A DNA stretch of 64,000 nucleotides. Source: Laetmonice hystrix (taxonomy: Eukaryota). The notes under the pieces were generated by a model. That model ran no database searches and was not told the DNA's origin. It was given only the letters and a program-made list of their open reading frames with translations. The DNA is taken from positions 6,324,001-6,388,000 of the forward strand of contig OZ249447.1 in NCBI GenBank assembly GCA_965235115.1, written 5' to 3'. The position numbers were made by a program, and so were the translations under genes. This document shows, piece by piece, positions 26,946-36,977 of the stretch (positions are counted from its first letter, which is position 1; each line of letters begins with the position of its first letter).

Positions 26946-29900
26946 TCAGCACATGTTGGCCGTCTGCTGCCGGCTGCTGTGTTCTGAGGTCGCTGTCGGA
27001 GGGGTTTCCAGCCCCATGTTATCTGCAATATAGGAAATGAACTGATAGATAAAGTATAGGAAATACTGTTTTAAATCTTATTACATTTCAGGTGACCCGT
27101 TTCTGACTCTAGAGGTTTGATTCTATCATGCTAAAAGTGTCGAATGTACGGAGAGAATCAGATAAATTCGAAAATGGAAAGCATGCCACATATAAATTTG
27201 AAAGGCTGACTTTCTATATTATAACCTTTCCTTTCCAGTTTCCATCAGATCCCCAGTTTGGCAATAATAGGCAGGAATTAAGTTAAATGACCCCAATACC
27301 TCCCCCGATTGGGTCGTATTTGAGTAGGATTGAATAGAACAGCAGTCCTAATTGATTAATGTTTCAATGATTGCTGCTTCTGCTTGGGGTCCCAGGGGTC
27401 ATGACCCGAGGTCATTCTAGGTTATAGCTCACTGGAAGGGGAATAATAGGTAATAGATGCTCAAAAGAAAAATAACCGCAAATTAGCCTAAACACAATTT
27501 TTTTTCTTTTTTTTTTTGCAGGGCAGTACAAGAGTTTCCTTACTCAGTATGATACACGGAAATAAATCCAGCCTTTTTTTCTTTTTGGATAATTGCATCA
27601 CCGTTAGCATAATTGGTATTTGCAATATTGGCACCGAACTGCAGTCAGTTGTCCTCCGTGTCGCACTATCTATAGATACGGAAAGTAGCACAGATTGTTT
27701 AAAAAGATAGGAATGCGTTGACAAGGGTTGTCATATTCTGATAATCATCGAGATAAACAAACCGTAGAGATAATAGAATGTTCACGCAACTCTCACCTAA
27801 TGTCCCGATAAGGAACTCAAAAATAACTCACAGCTAACATTTTGGTTACAGGTATTTTTTTCTAAGGCACTAGGAACATTAAGTCTGACGGGCAATTTGG
27901 AAAGAAATAATGAATGGGGAATGTTATGGCGAAATATTCTGAGTCAGTCAGGTTATTCAGTGCGGTAGCCTATAGTTTGAATTGCCTATTACAATATGAT
28001 CTATTACAAGTCCGTAATTTGGGCATGATCATCAGCATTTTATCGATAGTTTCACAGAAACTCCGGTCCGCCTCCTCCTCCCAGACCTCTCAATGAAACG
28101 TTTAACTTTCAAGTGCATGTCAAAAGGAGCAGAAGTAAAATTTGCTACACAAAAATCCTCTTGCTGTGAGAAATGAGAAATGTGCCGTTGTTTGACATTG
28201 AAGATTTCAGAAGTTGGGACTGGCCCTTCCACTCAATGACTGAAACTCTGTTGATTAGTCAGAGCCTGTGTTGGGTGGGGTGGGGTGTGGGAAGGGGTGG
28301 GGGGTATCGCAGGCGGGGCCGACCAGGTTATGAATGGCTGGGTCCAATGCACCGTGAACCGACCATTGTTGAAAGGTGGTGAAACCAGCGAAGTGTTTGA
28401 TGTGGATGGAGGTCATTGGTTGGTTGGCTCGATGGGACAAGGCAGGACGGCCGTACTACAACACGCTATCAAGGTAGCCTTGGTCGGTGACATCCAGGAT
28501 CCTCTTATGGATTCATCCAGGCAGTTTTTTAAAGAGTACAACTGAAAGTGAAAGAGCAGAATACAAATAAATTTATCCTCATGTAAAAGTCAAATGACAC
28601 TCTTGAATAGGTAGTCTCTCGTTGTAGGTAGAATCGTCGTTAATATCACCGATGCGCACTGGAGAAAAAAGTCAATAGTCAAGTGTCGGCTTTTAGGGTT
28701 TCTAACGATTCTTCATATACCATAACAGTAGGAACATAGTCAGTCCTTGGTGATTTGGATTAAGTTGTAGAATATGATCCAAGTTTATATGTTGGAGCCC
28801 CCGGACGATGAACACCCTGACCGCCATGTTAGAGCAATGATCCCTCTGCTCCTTTGTGGTTGTCTCTTGTGTGACATTTTGTGACATTTCAATAATCGAC
28901 GTGTGTCCCATTGAGAACACCCCCAGTGGGGTGTCGACCACCCCACAGGGACTGCACCACTACCCCGCCCTCCATTATCAACAATTAACACTACCCGTGC
29001 TAATGACATTAACGCCAACAAAAGCCCTCACTCGATCAGGGAGCACAAACCTGATGCAGTTATTATAAATCTTTTCCTTGCTTTCCCCCTTAGTAATCCT
29101 AATGTGCGAAAATTTCTAGGGGGCAGATTTGGTACAATTTACAATGGTTCCATGTGTTCAGTTTGGAGGGTTCTCTGTCGGGGGGGGGGGGGGGTGAGAG
29201 ACACCGCCAGCGGTGACAAAGCCACACAGGCTGGCCATATCGTATTGTTTCCCAGCTTGAACACAGGTGGCGCTACAAGTCACAGGGTGCCGATGTCGGG
29301 AGGTGACAGATTTTTTGCCACCTTGTTTTGAATAGAATAATTAATTATGTATGGTAATTATGTAGGTTAATTTTGTGGGATGGCTGAATCAAAAACTAGT
29401 GAAGTGGCTCATGATTGATGATATTTTAAAAAGGTTCATTTTCATGGCGGTGGAAAGAGAGAAATAGGTTTACTAAATGTTTTGAAATAATGGTCACAAC
29501 ACTGTGGACATCCAATCCGTTAAATGTAGGTTAAGGGCTGCAGCTAATATGTTGGGAAGCAGGGCAGAAATACAATAAAGAATACCTCAGTACAATTATT
29601 ATCATTTGGAGTGATGAGTAATGATTTCTTATTCAAGTTCCTTTGAATCTTAGCAAAGATTTTTTTTTTTATTGGAGAATTCAGAAAGACATGATCGGCA
29701 GAAGATCTTTGTCCAGCCTAAACGCCGGTGAAGGGTTTCAGGAAGTGTGATGTATTTCTGAAAAAATGTCTGATATTCACAGACTGTAGATTGAGAAATT
29801 CCCAACGGCCCTAACCTGACTGGGTTTTCTGTGGTTTGGTGCATGCCATAAAGAGTGGCGTTCATCAGCGCTGAGAGTCACTCGCTAAACATGACGACCG

Positions 29901-31640
29901 TGATTGATTGTTACTCGGTGTCACTCACTAAACATGCAGTAGTGTGATTGATCAGCGCTGGGAGGCGCTCCTGTCTCTCTGGCTGGATTCACGGGCGGTC
30001 AGAAAGGGGCGATAATTTTACTGATACTCTGTCTGGTCGGGTTCGTGCTAAACACTAAAACAGCTCCTGTAGCAATTGTATTCAGGCAGTAACCCGGTCT
30101 GAGTGGTCCGTGTGTAGAGTGTGTGCTTGTGAGCAGAACATCATGTTTCTAACCTTGTCAGCCGCGCATCCTTCACAACGGGCAGTCAGCAAGCCTGCAT
30201 CACGCAGTCAGCAGGCGCGCATGGCGGAGTCGGCTGAAAATGGTCCATAGCTCATCCTGGATGATGCAAGGCCAAGTACAACGTAAACTAATCAGCGGTT
30301 GTCTAACTGATCCATGTTGTTCAATAAAACATGGAAGTCTGGCCAGATAGGGCAACTTTATCAAACAACACGGAATTAAAGGTTTTAATGCACTCCAAGA
30401 AAGTGCCTTAGGCTATTATAATCTATGATTAATATAGACTAAAAGCAGCACATATTGAAGAAAAACCTTTAGGGAAGTATTCATTTCAAGAAATGGAGTA
30501 CAGAGAGGAAATCGTACTGACTAGCAGTGACATTTCGTGATGCAGTTACGCTTTTAGCATGATTAACTTCCAACCAGGTTAATTTTAAACATGATCTTCA
30601 AGAGGTATTTTTGTGGATTTCTGCATCACATGACTTTTACTAGAATTAGTTACATCACCTGCTGGCACTCTTGGAGTTCGTGTCGGATCCATACACTAGA
30701 TAACGTTAGAAGTTCAAAATCGCAGGTTTCTAAGACGCTGACACGCAGGAGTTCAACAATATGTGCATGACAACGTTCCACCCTCGGTCTGTTGGACGCC
30801 TTATAGTAATGAGAACTTCTGGAACTCTGGAATCTTCATCCAATGAATGGAAAGCAGATAAATTCAGGAGCTCGTAAAGAGGGTTTCAGAGTCCATGCAG
30901 AAAGCATGTTTTCATGTGCCCCCTGATGGTGCTCGTGTAGAGAATATATAAGCGGCATGCCCGTGGGATATTTCCATGACAATGAGGTGTAATGGCATGT
31001 CATTGTGGGCACCATCGTATCGATACAACCCTGGGAACGGCCCCAGACTCTGATGATCATTTGATGCTCTCTGCTCACCATAATGGTCCTTAAACCTCCC
31101 TCCTCGCCTCTCCATCCCACCCCACTCCACCCCCTACGTGATGGAGATTATAGGTAGCCCATTACCCTGGTACAGTTTGCCTGGGTGCCTGCCTGCCGTC
31201 AGTTCTGACCACCCGGGCCTGTGGTCATCTCCTCGCCATTGTCCAGGCCTCTGGTCATTAACCGATTTCAGAGACATGTGTATAGGAAACTTGGTGATAA
31301 ATTTTACAGATTGTCAGAAACAAAGGTCGCATGGAGATTAATTGAGTCCCAGATATTGGACAGTTGATGGGTTTGAGTGGGTTTACTGGAAACGGTTTAA
31401 ATATCGAGATTGTGAAAATCGGTGGCCGCACATTGCTGGTGGGACTTGGAAACAATGGTGCCAGGAGCTTCCGGTGGCAGGGGGATTGGGAACAGTTAGG
31501 TTCCGGGGCAGGTGGTTCGATAGTCAGTGCTGACCCCCTCCTCTCCCCTGTTGTCCACCGTATTTCCTTGTATAGTGTATACATGTAGTCGAAGGTGAAA
31601 GTGATGTCACCACTTGCCGCCCACTGTAAACCTGAGGGTG

Positions 31641-31657
31641 TCGCCCCCTGGTGGCAG
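31641..31657 (-). promoter_or_regulatory. CTCF-like motif
   Basis: Reverse complement CTGCCACCAGGGGGCGA is a near-perfect CTCF consensus, ~100 bp outside the left transposon end. Motif match only. Confidence 0.35.
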
Positions 31658-31753
31658 TCACCTGACGGTCGTAAAACCCCATCATCGTCACCTTGGGTCG
31701 TCACGCTGACAGCCCCAATCAGGCAGTCACTCATCTAGAGATATCTACACTAT

Positions 31754-31806
31754 AGGCCATTCTTAATATTCCGCGCGTAAATATCCAAAACGAGGCTAAC
31801 ACAGCA
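31754..31806 (+). repeat. Left TIR of the ISL2EU-type element
   Basis: AGGCCATTCTTAATATT...CAAAACGAGGCTAACACAGCA aligns with the reverse complement of 42575-42626. The inner 21 bp are identical. Confidence 0.85.
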
Positions 31807-31841
31807 CCGCGCCGACCGCTCAATCTGTTTATGCTGCAGAC

Positions 31842-31967
31842 ATGGCCAGCTCATTTGACGAGTCTAGGGATCTTTCGCTGGTTCCCTCGATTACGTTTGC
31901 TTTTGTTGAAAATTATTTGGCAGATTTAACCACCAGTAAAGGCAGCAAGGAGCTGAATAAAGGCTTT
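31842..31967 (+). pseudogene. N-terminal fragment of the transposon exonuclease (YqaJ-like) gene
   Basis: ATG 36 bp inside the left TIR, reading MASSFDESRDLSLVPSITFAFVENYLADLTTSKGSKELNKGF before the sequence becomes non-coding-like. The assignment is inferred from position and remembered family resemblance. Confidence 0.5.
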
Positions 31968-32236
31968 TCGGGGTCGGGCGAACCCCCTTTTGGCGTACGT
32001 GCACTGGGTGTCAAGTGTAGATCAAATCAAGTACTAGGCTACTACTAGTACTACTACTACTAGATAGTAGTAGGCCACTAGACTAGACTACTGCCCGATT
32101 TCTTTCTGAATAATTGTTCAATTGTTGTTTGTTGTAATACATTAACGTTTATCTCGATATCCACGACTGTCACTAGTGGATTTAGTCTAGATCTACCTGC
32201 CACTTGACTTGTGAAGTTGTTGACAGCTGAACAGTA

Positions 32237-32832
32237 CAGTCAAGTCAGACAGAGGCGTCGTTGCCGGGACGGGCAGATCGGATTGTCGGGGGGGGGGGGG
32301 GGGGAGATTGCTGTGACTTAGCCCCCCCCCCCCCTTAGCTTAGAGGCGCTTTCCCCCCTGTTCACTGGCATATCATTTAATCCTTCATTTTGCGCTCCAA
32401 AATGCAACAAATTTCGCCAAATTGCAAGTTAATTAAATTCCATTTTTTTCGGGGGTAGACTACCAGTACTGCCCGAGCAGGGCTTTGGCCTTTGCGCCTT
32501 TCGAGCCACCCCCTTGGCCATGAAAAAAAACCTACATCTGCGCTCTAGGCAGAACAGAGATAAGATTTTAGACTTGAAATAGGGGGGTTTCCAACCATAA
32601 TATTAGCCATTCTTTTATCTATTTTGGGGGGGGGGGGGGGGGGTCCTGGAAACTCGGAAACCCCCCTGGTTTGCCTTGGGGGGGGGGGCAGGTGTTAATG
32701 TTGGGGGGGGGGGGGGGGGCACCGGTCCTGGGCCGAACCCCGTTGGCCTAATAACTAATTTCCTGGAATAATTTGAAGGGAGTTTCTAACTTTTTGCAGG
32801 GAGGGGGGCGCCCCCCGTTGGATCCGCCACTG
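32237..32832. mobile_element. Possible G-run-rich non-autonomous insertion (composite MITE fragments) inside the exonuclease gene
   Basis: Ends in GGATCCGCCACTG, a MITE-type terminus, and begins with CAGT. Flanked by the 10-bp direct repeat CTGAACAGTA (32227-32236, 32833-32842) and contains multiple poly-G/poly-C runs. The left TIR is poorly matched. Confidence 0.35.
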
Positions 32833-33062
32833 CTGAACAGTAGTGAGCTTCAGTTATTTACATGGTACTGGTATGCCTGTGGGCCATGTTAAATGATAAC
32901 ACTTTCATGTTATAAAATAAATAAGAAATCAATCTGAAACTTTACCATATCTAGGCCTACTTTAACTTCAAGATTTGTTTGTGTGGTAAAACATCCAACA
33001 TTATTCTAGGATTCATTATTTGTTTTTGTCTGTGATTCTAAGTTAATATTACCTTATTCCAG

Positions 33063-33305
33063 TAACAAGATTAACAGAAGGATGCACAGTAACCGCAAAA
33101 TGCTGGCGATCACGATTGTGGTAAGTCCTACAGCTCCCTGGCTTGCTGCAAGCCCTGACAGAAAAGTGTACAACCCTGCAAAATGTCCCCCTTTTGGTTT
33201 GTTGGAAGTAAAGTGCCCACAGGTTGACACTGTCCTAAATGCCAAATGTTTGGAGAGGTCAAAGGATGGTTCACTCCGATTAAAGCAGAACCACATATAT
33301 CATTA
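33063..33305 (+). pseudogene. Middle fragment of the YqaJ-like (lambda exonuclease fold) gene, interrupted by the retrotransposon
   Basis: VVSPTAPWLAASPDRKV...FGLLEVKCP...LRLKQNHIYH(Y) carries the ASPD and E-x-K-C-P motifs of YqaJ-type PD-(D/E)xK nucleases. An upstream VTRLTEGCTVTAKCWRS segment lies in a different frame after acceptor TTCCAG| (33062). Confidence 0.8.
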
Positions 33306-33449
33306 CCGTAAAACACTCGTAGACAAGGCGAAGTTGGGAGTTAAAATTCTTTTAATCACATTAAAAGGATAAGATGTATAAAATTATGGCACCTGGCAAG
33401 TTGTAAAATATATGTATATATATATATAAAGGCACATTGTGTGGCGCCA
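33306..33449 (-). repeat. Split direct repeat B2 (144 bp)
   Basis: Identical by eye to 33732-33875, including the (TA)n tract length. Confidence 0.95.
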
Positions 33450-33532
33450 TATATACAGAGACACGGTATGGCGCATAAAAGACAAAAACATGTTAATACT
33501 GAGCCTTTAACTTGCAGGGTGGGTGGGTGGTA

Positions 33533-33731
33533 GTAAAAGTTGTGGTCTGGTCGAAGGTTGGTGTGGAACTGACCGGTGAGAAGTGGAGTGCAGGGAATAG
33601 CCGGAAATAGTGTGACGACAGAGAATTTGGTTAACAATAGAGAGCACAGAGTGTTGGGTTAGGGAGAGTTGACCACGAGTGCCGGCAATGATCCGTCTTG
33701 AGGTGACAAGCACCCCACCACTAAACCATTA
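33533..33731 (-). repeat. Split direct repeat A2 (199 bp)
   Basis: Identical by eye to 38252-38450. Confidence 0.95.
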
Positions 33732-33875
33732 CCGTAAAACACTCGTAGACAAGGCGAAGTTGGGAGTTAAAATTCTTTTAATCACATTAAAAGGATAAGA
33801 TGTATAAAATTATGGCACCTGGCAAGTTGTAAAATATATGTATATATATATATAAAGGCACATTGTGTGGCGCCA
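33732..33875 (-). repeat. Split direct repeat B1 (144 bp)
   Basis: Identical by eye to 33306-33449 and abuts A2, recreating the circle junction. Confidence 0.95.
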
Positions 33876-33958
33876 AACCTGCAAACTATATGTAGATAGA
33901 AAGGGAGAAAGAGAGAGGGGGGAGGGGGACACGACGCAATAACTCACAAATTGTAAAA

Positions 33959-34963
33959 TCAATGACTAATCGATCTGATAAGAGTCTGGTTTACGCGTGC
34001 ACTACTTGTCCTTATATATGCGCGGTGAGCCGCAGAACGCCATCCGCCAAACCGCTGAATTTCCACTTCTTGACATCCACCTAACAAGGCTTGTGTAGCA
34101 GCCGTCTTCCGTAGACTATGTAGGCTTAATGCTGTTGCATCGGCGCCAACTGCCTGAAGCGCGGACGTCCACACTTTTTTAACATAAGATGTGGGCATTG
34201 GGGAACGGGATTCTGGGAACATGAGCAGTGGTTCGTCGGGGCACCGAGTAGGGGTGTCCGCTATTACTTGAGAGAGTACTTTGACAGGGCAGAAAGTCGC
34301 TATAGATGCCGCTGCTAGTGTAACCTGCCTTGTCTGTCCATTCTTCTGCAAGTTTTTCCCATGGCGGAGGACGATGTCCAGGGAAGTTCTGCCCAAGCGA
34401 ATGTCGCCCCTCGTAAGACAAGCACTGCTTTTCCACTTGCGTACTGTAGGCGGAGCGATTTCGCTTTGGCGAAACGCCCCATAAAACATTAAGAGTATCG
34501 CTGCTCTGACCACCGTCCCGACTGGAGTACTGGGTATAGCCCGTATGGCCCGGCGGAGTACGTCTATGTTTATCGGGAGCTTGACCCGAGGGACATGCTG
34601 CTTTGTTCTGTCCATCGCATCTAACGCGCGTTTGACACGTGGGTGGTCGACTGGCGTGAGCGGGGATTCTGTTAGACGCAGGAATGTCCGGATATGAGAT
34701 GCGTGGTTCCTGACGGTCGCGGCTGCTGGGGCGTAACCGGCGATATACTCCAGATATGCGCATATGTGTTGGTGCATCGGCCGTCGTGGGTTGATGCGCA
34801 AGTGTCGGCAGAACGCTATGTATGTTCCTGCGACTGAGTGGTGGTTCCTGTTTGTGCCCGGCGCCCTTGCTGCCTGTTGCCGTTGCTTGGCTTGCTCGAG
34901 CAGTGATCGGAATGCCGGATCTGGAATGTAACGATGGCTTGAGCATGTCCAACACATAATCAT
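33959..34963 (-). CDS. Tyrosine recombinase (phage integrase family), 334 aa
   Basis: Complete catalytic set: FYGAF-R-QSE, HG-K-N, LH-SL-R-KTAAT (HxxR), RFGG-W-RS and RA-Y-IR. Uninterrupted ORF. Confidence 0.93.
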   Translation of the reverse strand: MIMCWTCSSHRYIPDPAFRSLLEQAKQRQQAARAPGTNRNHHSVAGTYIAFCRHLRINPRRPMHQHICAYLEYIAGYAPAAATVRNHASHIRTFLRLTESPLTPVDHPRVKRALDAMDRTKQHVPRVKLPINIDVLRRAIRAIPSTPVGTVVRAAILLMFYGAFRQSEIAPPTVRKWKSSACLTRGDIRLGRTSLDIVLRHGKNLQKNGQTRQVTLAAASIATFCPVKVLSQVIADTPTRCPDEPLLMFPESRSPMPTSYVKKVWTSALQAVGADATALSLHSLRKTAATQALLGGCQEVEIQRFGGWRSAAHRAYIRTSSARVNQTLIRSISH

Positions 34964-36896
34964 ATGGCATAACTAACTTAACGTCGCTAGACGAAATGTA
35001 TTCAGCGGCTTTATCATTATAGTGTTTTGAGAGATGGGCCCTGCTAAGGACGTCGGCCGTCGAGTTATCAGCTCCAGGTACATGGTCATAGGAGATGTCC
35101 ACGTTACATATGGCCTGGTGCATCCAGACCGCCCTCGCGCACTCCAGCAGAACCTTATTCCTGCCGCGCCCAGAGCGTAATACCTGAACAGTTGCCAAAT
35201 TGTCACAATAAACTTTAATGTGGGCGCCCCTGTCAGCAGGAGTTACAAAAGTATGAAGTGCAATAACTACATTCGCGGCTTCTAGTTCGGTAATATTTGC
35301 GGCCCCATCATCAGCTGGGCACACTTGGCCGCTATACGCATAGTGTCCGTCGGTGGCGCCTATACCTGAAAGACTCGCATCTACATGAATAACCCTGTTG
35401 GGGCGCCGTGCGGTGATGTAGGAGATACCGTTCCACTGCGCAGCAAACTCGTAGAACCACCTGAGGTCGTCACGCATATGAGCAGTAATGTTAATATAAT
35501 TTCCCGACATATTTCGTAGAGCATCGAGCAACTTGGACACAAACAGTCGCGCTGGTTTAATACACTTAGCTATATGTAGAAGCTTACCAATTAGACTTCT
35601 AAGCTGCCTTTTAGTCATGGAACGCTTTTTCAAACAAAGCTTCACCTGTGCGATGACTTCTGAGAGCCGATCCTGTGGTACAGAAAGCGTCATATTCACC
35701 GTATCGATATGTACACCTAGCCAAGTTAGTTGCTGTGAAGGCGGCTGAGCTTTCTCCAACGCTTCCGGTAGGCCCAATTCACGCAGTAGGTTCCGGGTAC
35801 ACTTAAAGTCTTTGTCAGCCTGAGGCCTACTTCCGGAAATATTAATTAGGTCATCCAGATACATTTTTCCGCACACGCCCTTATTCGTTAAAATATTAAC
35901 GATGTAGTTAGCCACCCTTTGCATGTGACATGAACTTGCGCGGGCTCCAAAAGGCATGGACACGTCACAATAATACTTATTATCCCACCTTATGACTTGG
36001 AGTGGCCAGTCGAGTGGGTCAGATTTGAAGTTTTTATATGCGCGACTGACGTCACAAGTGGAAAGAAATGCACCAGGGCCAACGCGAATAAGTTCCTCAA
36101 CCAAATCATCGATAGTAGGGAGAGTATGATCTCTTACATGACCAAACACAGTGTTTTTAAAAATATAGGCATTGACAGAGTTCTCCATAGGGAAGGTCAT
36201 ATCACTGATGACACGCCTATCCTGGGAGCCCCTCTTTTCGCGAGACATTAAGGGGGAGACATGGCACCATGGTTCGAAAGGTGGACGTGGAAAGGGACCA
36301 ATGATTCCACCTAGGCGTAGTTCTTTCTCGATAAACTTGTCAATGTGATCCGTATATTGCGTAGCGCTGGAGTGGTTATCAACGTCATGTGTATCACTAA
36401 TGGGCCCCATATAACCCAAGGGGAACCCAAAGCGAATAAAGTCTAACAGTTGTTTATCGTCTTCACTATCACTCTGATATTTCACCCAAGCATTTACATT
36501 TAAATCAGTCTGTAATTCCACCCGAGCACCAAGGGCGTTAGGCAAACCCGAGGCCTTAACAGCATCGTACACTCTAAGTAGCTGACCATCTGCACTCCCT
36601 AACATGGTTGGCCAATTTTTAATACGGTGCGCCTTGAACACATATGGTGTAAGGTCTAAGGTGTGATTAAATTCGACAGCTTCGCACATGTTCTTTATGG
36701 CTTCAAAATCAGGTACACGAGTTTTAAAATAAGAGGTTTGGTCGTGTGCAGTAGGCGATTTGAACTTTGTACTGGTGTCAGGAACCGTCGGTCGCGCCTG
36801 TGAGACACGAACACGTTCAGTGTGGGCGGGTACGCGGGCATGGGACGTGATACCGCAATGCTGAGTGTCGGGACATGTATTGGCGATCGACTGCAC
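34179..36896 (-). CDS. pol: Reverse transcriptase + RNase H polyprotein (DIRS/Ngaro type)
   Basis: RT motifs HVSPLMSREK, RRVISDMTFP, DVSRAYKNF, MPFGARASS, YLDD and WLGVHID. RNase H motifs VDAS, ITELEA, YCDN and HVPGADNSTADVLSR. The frame is open from 36998; the track start at 36896 is GTG and the first ATG is at 36689. Confidence 0.95.
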   Translation of the reverse strand: MQSIANTCPDTQHCGITSHARVPAHTERVRVSQARPTVPDTSTKFKSPTAHDQTSYFKTRVPDFEAIKNMCEAVEFNHTLDLTPYVFKAHRIKNWPTMLGSADGQLLRVYDAVKASGLPNALGARVELQTDLNVNAWVKYQSDSEDDKQLLDFIRFGFPLGYMGPISDTHDVDNHSSATQYTDHIDKFIEKELRLGGIIGPFPRPPFEPWCHVSPLMSREKRGSQDRRVISDMTFPMENSVNAYIFKNTVFGHVRDHTLPTIDDLVEELIRVGPGAFLSTCDVSRAYKNFKSDPLDWPLQVIRWDNKYYCDVSMPFGARASSCHMQRVANYIVNILTNKGVCGKMYLDDLINISGSRPQADKDFKCTRNLLRELGLPEALEKAQPPSQQLTWLGVHIDTVNMTLSVPQDRLSEVIAQVKLCLKKRSMTKRQLRSLIGKLLHIAKCIKPARLFVSKLLDALRNMSGNYINITAHMRDDLRWFYEFAAQWNGISYITARRPNRVIHVDASLSGIGATDGHYAYSGQVCPADDGAANITELEAANVVIALHTFVTPADRGAHIKVYCDNLATVQVLRSGRGRNKVLLECARAVWMHQAICNVDISYDHVPGADNSTADVLSRAHLSKHYNDKAAEYISSSDVKLVMPYDYVLDMLKPSLHSRSGIPITARASQATATGSKGAGHKQEPPLSRRNIHSVLPTLAHQPTTADAPTHMRISGVYRRLRPSSRDRQEPRISYPDIPASNRIPAHASRPPTCQTRVRCDGQNKAACPSGQAPDKHRRTPPGHTGYTQYSSRDGGQSSDTLNVLWGVSPKRNRSAYSTQVEKQCLSYEGRHSLGQNFPGHRPPPWEKLAEEWTDKAGYTSSGIYSDFLPCQSTLSSNSGHPYSVPRRTTAHVPRIPFPNAHILC

Positions 36897-36927
36897 CAGC
36901 TTGGATCCTTGCTTATCGTGACTGACT

Positions 36928-36977
36928 GGCGTACCGGAGCAGACTAAATCGGACGGTACGCCTCGCGCCCGTTTTTT
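36928..36977 (-). promoter_or_regulatory. Putative -1 programmed ribosomal frameshift signal (gag to pol)
   Basis: Slippery heptamer A AAA AAC (36977-36971) in gag phase, an 8-nt spacer, then a perfect 9-bp stem GGCGTACCG (36962-36954) / CGGTACGCC (36936-36928). pol is in the -1 frame. Confidence 0.7.

Noticed and set aside
33301-33305. CATTA as a classical 5-bp target-site duplication of an LTR element
   Set aside because: The same pentamer is present at the internal B1/A2 junction, so one copy is element-derived. There are also no LTRs or DDE integrase.
33356-33637. 93-aa ORF with the same N-terminus as the track's gag ORF, plus ORFs 33507-33713 and 38199-38432
   Set aside because: These are translations of the duplicated A repeat, start at non-ATG codons and are not independent genes.
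34179-34960. DNA N6-adenine methyltransferase domain after RNase H (as in DIRS1/PAT elements)
   Set aside because: No DLFAS-like or (Y/F)xxPP-like motifs are visible; the region reads as the alternate frame of the YR. This supports Ngaro over PAT/DIRS1, pending an HMM search.
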